A stretch of 56,081 nucleotides of DNA from the NCBI GenBank assembly GCA_023645945.1, contig JALAIB010000005.1, forward strand, positions 1-56,081, written 5' to 3'. The DNA is from Diploschistes diacapsis (Eukaryota). The notes below the pieces were generated by a model, which ran no database searches, had not been told where the DNA came from, and saw only the letters and a list, made by a program, of their open reading frames with translations. Below, piece by piece: positions 27,247-35,725 of the stretch (its first letter is position 1; each line of letters opens with the position of its first letter). The position numbers were made by a program, and so were the translations under genes.

Positions 27247-28844
27247 TTATGTAATTAGATAAGGGTTGTTTAAAGTTGGAATATTTTTACTTAGTACTCA
27301 ATCAATTGTAGGTATTTTATATTCAATACTTTCATAGATAAAAGTTCTTTTATCTGCTATTCATTCTATATCATCACCATATGCATTTAATATAGATTCT
27401 ATGATATTTTTATCAAATGTTCTTAGATAAGGTTCATCTGAGTATAATTTTTCATATACACTTTTCAACAATGATATTAATGACCCCATTTTGTCCGCAG
27501 TTGTAGCAAAACAATCGTGTATTGCATAGAAACTATAGTTATATTGATACTCTTTTTTAAATGATAAAAATAATAATGTAAGTGCTGAAGCATCCAGTGA
27601 ATGAATTAAATTAGGCATAAGAGCAACACATTGTTTTCATTTGTCGTATACATTAGAAACACTTCTAGTTAAATTTAATGTAGTTCTACTATAACTAAAA
27701 GGTTTAATTTTTACAGTTTCTGATTTTAAGTAACTTTGAGTTACTAATAAACCACTCCCTGAATTTAAAACTATAGGTAGATTTAAAATATTGTGAATCT
27801 CTGCTACAGTTGTTAAGTAATCTCTTAACTTTTTAATATTTTCAAAGTCTACATTTATTATAGTCATAATAGTTTTAACTAAGACTGTAACATCCTTATT
27901 ATTAATTTTACTACTATTTTTAATATATCATACCATTTTTTTATCGTCTACTCCTGTATCTTCATATTATTTATCATAATTAGATAAAGAATCCTTAATA
28001 TACAATTCCATAGAATATCTTGTTGCATTATATGGAATAGTCATTATAACACTTTTAATATCGCTACGTTCTCAGACAAACTCATATAGTCTTGAGTAAT
28101 TTTCATGATAAGCGTCTGATGTATCACCCAATTTTGATTTTAATATATCAATTAACCTTATTATAATATAATTGTAAAAATCATTTGGTTGTTTATCTTT
28201 GTCAGATGTATTTAAGTTAACAATATCATATAACTTAGTTTCATGAGATAATAGAGATAAGTGTTGGAAACCGTTACAACTAGCGTCTAATTGTATAGGT
28301 AAAGATGTTTTAAATTCATTAGTATTAAAATCTTTTAAACAATCATAATATTTTTTTAATTCTAGACAAAAAGCCAGGAATAGATGCTTATTTTTAGCGT
28401 TTTGTAGTAAACCACTTTCTTCAAAATTATAAATTTTATCTTTATTATCTTCTACTCAGGATATTATTTTCACATATGATTTTTTATCTAGACCATTACC
28501 ATAACAATTAGCACCATATATATATAGATAGTTTATTTGATTTTTATTATCTTTATGAATTGTTGATTCATTGCTAAATAATAATAAACTTTTAGATAAA
28601 TCATTACTTTGGTAATTAAAATAATCGGGTACACAATATACTCTACCTCTATTATCTAATCTAACAGGAAAATATATTCTATATAGATTTATATATATAT
28701 TCGCTATGTTTAATATATTAAATTCTAGTACATACTTACTCATTTCAGATTTATATTTTTTCTCAAAATAGCTTGAAGATCATTTATTTAACTTGACATC
28801 AAAATTCTCTTTTTTTATATTTTCTATCTGCTTTTCATCAATAA
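27247..28844 (-). pseudogene. rpo: Plasmid-type single-subunit (T7-like) RNA polymerase, C-terminal half
   Basis: FPVRLDNRGRVY, PIQLDASCNGFQH, RSDIKSVIMTIPYN, PNLIHSLDAS, AIHDCF in one frame; internal TAA at 27967-27969. Confidence 0.92.
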
Positions 28845-28917
28845 GAGACTTTAATTTAATAGGTAAAATATATGACTTTTAATCATTATAATAGGGGTTC
28901 GAGTCCCTTAGGTCTTA
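28845..28917 (+). tRNA. trnK: tRNA-Lys(UUU)
   Basis: GAGACTT/AGGTCTT acceptor, CTTTTAA loop. Confidence 0.88.
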
Positions 28918-28920
28918 AGC

Positions 28921-28991
28921 ACGGCCATAGGTTAATGGTAGACCGTTCGTCTTCCACACGATATGTGTCGATTCGACTTCGACTGGCCGTA
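28921..28991 (+). tRNA. trnG: tRNA-Gly(UCC)
   Basis: ACGGCCA/TGGCCGT acceptor, CTTCCAC loop. Confidence 0.9.
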
Positions 28992-28996
28992 CCAAA

Positions 28997-29069
28997 GGGT
29001 TAGTATCTTAACTGGTAAAGTACTTCACTGTCAAAGAAGTTTATGCCGGTTCAAATCCGGTCTGACCCG
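28997..29069 (+). tRNA. trnD: tRNA-Asp(GUC)
   Basis: GGGTTAG/CTGACCC acceptor, CTGTCAA loop. Confidence 0.9.
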
Positions 29070-29074
29070 TTAAA

Positions 29075-29156
29075 GGAAAAGTTGCCATAGGTAAGGCGAG
29101 ATATTTGCTAAATATTGTGTATTTTACACCTGGATGTTCGAACCATCTCTTTTCCG
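29075..29156 (+). tRNA. trnS: tRNA-Ser(GCU)
   Basis: GGAAAAG/CTTTTCC acceptor, TTGCTAA loop, long variable arm. Confidence 0.88.
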
Positions 29157-29268
29157 CTTGATAAACACCTAGCAATTAGGATTTAGATCTTTTGACCAAG
29201 TATACAACATAAACTTATACAAAATAGGAGTAAGATAAGACCCCTTTGATGTGTAAACTTGATTGCTA

Positions 29269-29339
29269 AAGAGTATAGTTTAATGGTAAAATAGGAAGCT
29301 TCAAACTTCAAATTCTCGGTTCGAATCTGAGTACTCTTG
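29269..29339 (+). tRNA. trnW: tRNA-Trp(UCA)
   Basis: AAGAGTA/TACTCTT acceptor, CTTCAAA loop; supports TGA=Trp. Confidence 0.92.
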
Positions 29340-29346
29340 AGATAAA

Positions 29347-29390
29347 GGTTTTTTAATTTAAAGGGCAAAGTGCGTTTTGGATAAAAACGA
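29347..29390 (+). pseudogene. Degenerate 5' half of trnI
   Basis: GGTTTTTTAATTTAAAGGGCAAAGTGCGTTTTGGATAA resembles the 5' half of trnI at 31310. Confidence 0.55.
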
Positions 29391-29669
29391 ATGCCCTTTT
29401 ATAACTATGTTATATAAAGTTTTAAATTTATATCTTTATTCTAAAATGTGCAATAAGCTTTTTATTAGTACACTGATAAAACTACATATGCATAATCCAC
29501 AGACTCCTATGATTATGTATTGGAATTTTATATAGCTTCACGCCGCTTATCGAATGCATATTCGGTGGCTTAGTACTTTAGGATATATATATCCCTTTAT
29601 ACCACGTAATGATCAGATCCGTATAATGGTACTTAAGTAAATCTGTTATTATACAATTTATAAAAAAAC

Positions 29670-30359
29670 ATGAAATATTTTAACATAAAATCTATAACTT
29701 AGGCTCTGCACATAATTTTTGACGGTAACACACAAGAACATACTACAGGTACACCTGCTAATACTATTTTAAGTTTTTATTTTAAACCAGAATATGGTTT
29801 CGCTATTACACCTGAACAAATACAACCTATAAGTAATATAAAACCATATTTTTCAATTGAAAAAGTTGATGGAAATAAACTTGTACCTCATGTATTTGTA
29901 TAAATTAAAGGTCTTATTAAACCTAATTTTAATGATATTTTGGATCAATTATACGATACTATATTGGAAACTGTTGATTTTAACGGTAACTTGTTTTCAA
30001 GTTTTGTAATAGCTATGAAAGGATCTAAAATAGCTTTTTTTCAATTTTATTCTTTTATTAGTTTATTGGATGAGAATGATATAGCCCATTATAATGGATT
30101 TATACCTCTTAATCAGTTATTAACTCAAGAGGGAGCATACAAGATTAACGGTTTAAATCCTTTCGAGTATAATTTGTATACAGGAAAATATAGTGATATA
30201 CTTACTAAAGCTAATTTACTTAAACATATAAACGTGGAATCTACAAAAAATATACCTCATCCTCTATGAGATTTATTAAATGAAAATCATAAAGAGCATG
30301 TACACAATTTATTTGTGATGGTAAGAGATAATATACCTGGTTCAGATATAAATAAGTAA
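29670..30359 (+). pseudogene. Free-standing ~229-codon ORF with PD-(D/E)XK nuclease-like motif, inactivated
   Basis: One frame with TAG at 29700 and TAA at 29901; reads ITPEQ...KP[Y]FSIEK...PHVFV[*]IK...LDQL, consistent with an ancestral PD...EIK. Confidence 0.6.
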
Positions 30360-30363
30360 AATA

Positions 30364-30437
30364 GAGAGAATTGACCGTGGGGGTTGAGGTGGTAAGCTTT
30401 AAACTAACGGTTATCAGTTCGAATCTGAGTACTCTTG
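30364..30437 (+). pseudogene. Chimeric tRNA-like sequence (trnS-UGA 5' half plus trnW 3' half) with UUA anticodon
   Basis: 5' AGAGAATTGACCG..AGGTGGT.AGCTT matches 32585; 3' GTTCGAATCTGAGTACTCTTG matches 29319-29339; loop CTTTAAA. Confidence 0.65.
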
Positions 30438-30445
30438 GTACTAAA

Positions 30446-30484
30446 GGTTCTTTAACTTAATATGTAAAGTGCGTCCTTGATAAG
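30446..30484 (+). pseudogene. 5' half of trnI(GAU)
   Basis: GGTTCTTTAACTTAATATGTAAAGTGCGTCCTTGATAAG, ending just after the anticodon loop. Confidence 0.7.
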
Positions 30485-30520
30485 TATGTTATCCAAGTTG
30501 CTTTAAATGAATTAAAAATA

Positions 30521-31319
30521 ATGATTAAAATAAAAAGAATCTTTTGTACTTCTAGTCCCACACACATATATAATAACAATTGTTCCCAGTATTTCTCCCC
30601 CGCCCCGCCCGTTTTTACAGAACAAGTAAAACCTATAAAAATTTTCCAAGATTCCTATTTAAATAAATTAGATATTGTTAAAGACTATAAAAACAACACT
30701 ATTATTTATATGTGATTTAAGAAAATTACCGGTCAAGTGTACGTGGGAAGTAGCTTAAACAAAAGTAACCGCCTATACTCATATTATTGGGGTTCGAAAT
30801 TACATAGCACCAAAAAAAGTAGAATTTATAATAGTATTAATAAATATAGAGATAGCAATTTTTCTCTAGCTATTTTGGAAGTCTGTGACGATAAGGATGG
30901 TAAATGATATTTAGATAAAGAAACGTTTTTTATTAAATGAGCTATGAAAATGTACGGTGACAAAGTTTTAAACATATTAACTGGAGGGGGATCGAGTACG
31001 GGATACACTGATACATCAGACGCAAAAATAAAAATGAGTAAATTAAAAGCAGGTATAAGGCATAATATGTATGGAAAAAGGAAAAAATCATACTTAAAAA
31101 ACACGTAACACCATAAGTAATTCCATGGGAAACAGGGTTAGCTATAGCGTAAGTGTTTTGGTGAAAAAGATTGGATCTAATGATGAGTTTATGTTTAGTT
31201 CTATAAAAGACGCAGCGAAATATATTGACACTTCTAGCACTACTATAAAAAGATATTTGGACAGCGGTAAATTATATAAAAGTTTATATGTTATAAGTAA
31301 GTTATATAAGATTCCTTAA
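30521..31319 (+). pseudogene. Free-standing GIY-YIG endonuclease, frameshifted near 31100
   Basis: IIYMW..ITGQVYVGSS...NRLYSY, NFSLAILE, LNILTGGGSSTGY, C-terminal FSSIKDAAKYI; stop codon overlaps the trnI 5' end. Confidence 0.82.
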
Positions 31320-31381
31320 CTTAATGGGTAAAGTGCGTTCTTGATAAGGATGAGATTAGTGTTCAAATCACTAAGGAATTA
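31310..31381 (+). tRNA. trnI: tRNA-Ile(GAU)
   Basis: GATTCCT/AGGAATT acceptor, TTGATAA loop. Confidence 0.9.
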
Positions 31382-31758
31382 TCTATTTAACTAATTTTTG
31401 TTATTAAATAGAATTACATTATTAATGAATAAACACTCTGAACACTGAATTACTGAAATCTTATCTGTCTGCAGTAGCGAGTTTCCGTAAAGCGATGGTT
31501 TGGTATCGTAATATCCTAGTTAGTATGCGTGTGACTGGTATACGTTTTAATAAACTAGTTGGACCTACTAAGAAACAAACTTAGACTGGTTGATAATACT
31601 ACGCTTGCAACACAGTGTAACTATATGTCATAAAAATCCATGCTCTTTTAAATATATCACTTTACGTATATAATTAATGTGATTACTATATGGACAGATT
31701 TAATCCGAAACTCGGGTATGTATACTATATATACATGTGCTAATTGGATTAAATATAA

Positions 31759-32526
31759 ATGAATAAAAATGAAAAAAAAAAAATGCAAAGTATATTAATT
31801 GGGGTAAATAAAGCCTGGCATCTACCTTCTCTGCCCTCGCTCGTAGCCGTTTTCCATAATCATCCTTTGGTGAGAATAGTGAGAGTACTTGGTGGTGTAT
31901 CGATATTGTTGGTATTAGGAAAATTTAAACTAGCCCAAACTTTATTTTACGTTGTATTCCCTTTAGCAGCTATACAATTTACATATATTATATTGATAAA
32001 TGCGATTAAATTTATATATCTAATATACCTATGAAAAAATGGAAAATTAGAAGTAATAAATTCACCCTTAGATAGAATAGCTACCTTTAGCGTGAACTTG
32101 TTAGCATGTATTAAAGGTACGTGTGTATTGGGCTTGAGCGGTGTAACCGCCCTCGGAATGGGCCAGGGCATTGGTGAACTGTTAACTAGTTATGGTTGGG
32201 ACCCCATATTTAGAGATACACTAGGTAAAGGTCTGAACACAGCGCTCAATGGATTAGGGTTTTAAAATCCTAATAAAGATATAACTAAATACCAAAATGA
32301 TTTAAATAGTTTAAGATACAGCTATAATCAACTTTCTACTTTAAATAAGGAGTTATAAGAGCTAGAATCTGTAAGCAAAAACAGTGGTCTAGATAACTCT
32401 GAGTTGATTAAATAAATAAAAAAGGATATCGGGGAAAGAATCGAAAAGGAAAAGCTAAAAATTATTAAATCTAATAGTAAAATATTATCTGAACTAGAAG
32501 CAAAAAATGCTTTTGGGAAAAAATAA
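31759..32526 (+). pseudogene. Hypothetical membrane protein of a type recurrent in fungal mtDNA and plasmids; three in-frame TAA in the C-terminal part
   Basis: AWHLPSLP...HPLVRIVRVLGGVS...KLEVINSPLDRIAT...CIKGTC; stops at 32263, 32356, 32413. Confidence 0.65.
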
Positions 32527-32584
32527 TCGTATTACGTCAAAATTAAATAACTAACTGAAAGACTGAAAAACTAAAAGACTTAAA

Positions 32585-32672
32585 AGAGAATTGACCGAGT
32601 GGTTTAAGGTGGTGAGCTTGAGCCTTACTTGATAATAAACTTATCGCATCCGTTCGAATCGGATATTCTCTG
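32585..32672 (+). tRNA. trnS: tRNA-Ser(UGA)
   Basis: AGAGAAT/ATTCTCT acceptor, CTTGAGC loop, long variable arm. Confidence 0.88.
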
Positions 32673-32688
32673 AGCTTTTAATGCATAT

Positions 32689-32759
32689 TTCCCATTAGCT
32701 TAATGGTAGAGCTGGATACTTCTAATATCTTGATTAAGGTTCAAGTCCTTAATGGGAAT
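32689..32759 (+). tRNA. trnR: tRNA-Arg(UCU)
   Basis: TTCCCAT/ATGGGAA acceptor, CTTCTAA loop. Confidence 0.9.
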
Positions 32760-32867
32760 CTTATTGTATTTAATATAAATTGTACTATTAAACTAATACA
32801 TATTAAAAATATATATAAACCTTATATTTAGTACATTTACACTGTGATTTAAGATTTTTAATTCTTA

Positions 32868-32939
32868 CGGGTTAGAGCCAGGTGGTTAGGCGTCTCATTT
32901 GGGTTGAGAAGTTTTTAAGTTCGAATCTTAATAACCCGA
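32868..32939 (+). tRNA. trnP: tRNA-Pro(UGG)
   Basis: CGGGTTA/TAACCCG acceptor, TTTGGGT loop. Confidence 0.9.
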
Positions 32940-33223
32940 TAGTTACCTATATAACTAAAGTATGTTTGTACTGATACCGACTTTTCCTTCAGGAAGAAGG
33001 GTAACATAGTTAGTTACCTTCCTTACTCCGCGCTTTGCGTAGGAAATAATATTAAGCTGTCCAGATTCCCAGTGGCCTACTACGCCCACCTCACAGATAA
33101 GGGTTGGTAATGCCAAACTCTGCAAATTCTATTTGTCATATTTGTAGTGGTACAGGTACTTGGGCTGTTCAGTACCTGTACATCTTAACTTAGTGTAACC
33201 TCCAGTAGTTAAGATTATATAAA

Positions 33224-33297
33224 AGCCAGGATAGTTCAAATGGTTAGAACATTAATTTCATGCATTAAATATGAGAATTCAAATTTCTCTCCCGGCT
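33224..33297 (+). tRNA. trnM: tRNA with CAU anticodon (Met or Ile2)
   Basis: GCCAGGA/TCCCGGC acceptor, TTCATGC loop. Confidence 0.85.
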
Positions 33298-33579
33298 CCT
33301 TTTCTTTTCAGTTTTTGGATATTATTACTATATAGGCTACAGTTCTGAGCTTTACATTAAAAAAAAATAACAGATTTTTATAATAATTTCTTATAATGTT
33401 GGCTGTATATTGTGTTGTATTTATATATTGTTGCTTTAAAATAAAACCTTAGCCATTTACATAATAATTATATAATCTGGTTTTTATGTTTAAACTCCCT
33501 TTTTGGAGATAATTTCGATTTTATGCTACAATAGTGTTTTATTAAAATACTCTTATAATTTTTTTTTTAATTTGTTTTT

Positions 33580-34269
33580 ATGGGTCCAATATACCTTATT
33601 GTTGAAGGCTTTCTAAGTGGTTTAAGTGCTTTATCTTTAGTTTTACTTACCATTTCTTCTATTCTTTTTGGTGTTTTTGTTATAATAGGTAAAAATCCTA
33701 TAGTTTCTGTTCTATTCCTAATAGGGTTGTTTGTTAGTATAGCATTGTATTTAATATTTATTGGTGTCAATTTTATAGGTATAGCCTATTTATTGGTCTA
33801 TGTAGGAGCCGTTTCCATATTATTTCTTTTTATACTTATGTTAATTAATATAAGAATTTCTGAGCTATTAAGTGATAGTAAAAATAGTATATTATTAGTA
33901 CTTTTAATAGGGTTATTTTTTACTGGTACAATAATTGATATAATACCTATTCAACTTATAAGTAAATATTTTGATATTATAGAAAATACAATCTTTTTTA
34001 CTTGTTTATATTATTGAGAAAGTAATATTGTATGATTGGGTAATATATTAAGTATAGGTAGCATTCTGTATACTAGTTACAGCATATGATTAGTGTTAGC
34101 TTCAATTATATTACTATTAGCCATGGTGGGTGCTATAGTTATTACAATTAAGGATAAAGATTTATATTCTAGCATAATTAGTAAAGAGTATAATTTAACT
34201 ACATTGAATAGTAAAGTTATACCTACAATTGATTTAAATATTGGATTAGATCCAAATCAAAACCTGTAG
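33580..34269 (+). CDS. nad6: NADH dehydrogenase subunit 6
   Basis: KNPIVSVLFLI, YLLVYVGAVSILFLFILML, IILLLAMVGAIVIT; TAG at 34267-34269. Confidence 0.95.
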
Positions 34270-34386
34270 GATGCTCCCAGATCTTTTAATAAAGATCTAA
34301 TAAATCATGCTTTTAAAGATCCAAGTCAAAATCTGATGGATGCTCCCAGATCTTTTAATCCAGATCTAATAAACAATGCTTTTAAA
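34249..34386 (+). repeat. 69-bp tandem duplication at the nad6/orphan ORF junction
   Basis: GATCCAA.TCAAAA.CTG[TAG/ATG]GATGCTCCCAGATCTTTTAAT..AGATCTAATAAA..ATGCTTTTAAA, two copies. Confidence 0.9.
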
Positions 34387-35547
34387 AATCCTATAAAATC
34401 TACACCATCTAATGAGTCTATCCAGTCTTCTTTAGATTGTATTAAAAATATGCAAGAAAAATGTAATACATTTAAACCTGCAAGATGTTTAACTACTGAC
34501 AATGTAAGTGAGGCAACGGACTATGTAAATAATACTCTAACGCTTTTCCATAGTTATTACCAAGTAATTGATTATAGATATTTAGAATATATAAGTATGA
34601 TGAAATTATATCTACTAATTTTCGTTTTACTTGTTTCTTTTTTTTTACCTATTCTTACTAGAGCATTTGACGGCCTATGCAACATATTGATGGATATTAT
34701 AAGAAGATTGGTCCGTTCAATTATGTTAATATTAAATAGAGTGTATCCTATTCTCTTGAGAATACTAAATAGAATACTAAATAGAATGCTAAATAGATTA
34801 ATGAGAGGTTATCGATTAATTCAACGTTTACCTAGAGTACCTCCTCTTCTAACGCAAAATAGAAATATCTTTGGAAGAATAGCTGTTAGACTAAGATGAT
34901 ATTATGGATTATGAAGAGTGCGAGTGGCTGTAAACTATTGAACAGAAAGGAATCGTGTTATGTTTGTGGATAATTTACTGAATAGTTATCCTGGAACGTA
35001 TGGCGAGCTAGGAATGCTGATAAGAGCTAGCGGTTATAACCCTACAAGAGAACAAGCTAGAATTTTATTTGATAGTGATGGCTTGAGGAATTATCGTAAC
35101 TATTTAATGACCTATAGACGTATACCATGAGGATTAGAACCATTTAATTTCTCGCCACAGATAATTCGTACTCAACGGGGGCTACTGCCAACCTACACAA
35201 GGCTATTAGATATTTTAAATAGCATTACTCGTCAAGCAGTGAGTAATCAGCTATTACAAGCTGAAAATATTGCTCTAAATATAGAACAATATGCCGTATT
35301 ACGTCATGAAATGGCAGTAAGTCGTAGAGTTGTGAACTCTAATGTAGATCTTTATATGTTTGTAACAGGTGGTTATTGAACAGCGGATAATAGTTATGTT
35401 CTGCCCGCAGAGGATGTACTGACATTATTAAGCGAATTGCAAACCCTGCAAGATTTTTGACTACTATATGTAGAATATTTAAGAGCAAAAATTGCATTTA
35501 TGATTGCTCTTGAGAGAACAAGAAGATCAACATCATGATGATTTTAG
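34336..35547 (+). CDS. Orphan 403-aa ORF in frame with nad6 (one TM helix, Arg-rich amphipathic segment)
   Basis: Uninterrupted with TGA=Trp from ATG 34336 to TAG 35545-35547. Confidence 0.75.
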
Positions 35548-35725
35548 GTTTATAGTTTTTATTCCTAACTATAGCTACAAACCTCAATTAAACTGTAACG
35601 GTAAAAGTATAAATATCATATAAAGCCCAGGAATACTGTGTGGCTAAAACATACCCAAATAAAATACAATCTAGTATACTTATATAGCGATACTATAATA
35701 AACTATAATTTAATCTAACAATTAA

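Noticed and set aside
29183..29368. Small minus-strand ORFs over tRNA or rRNA (also 49646-49831, 50337-50615, 51395-51613)
   Set aside because: They overlap structural RNA genes and are chance frames.
33150..33181. Hairpin GTACAGGTACT...AGTACCTGTAC sharing the terminal hexamer
   Set aside because: Only 11 bp and a single occurrence; no evidence linking it to the tandem array.
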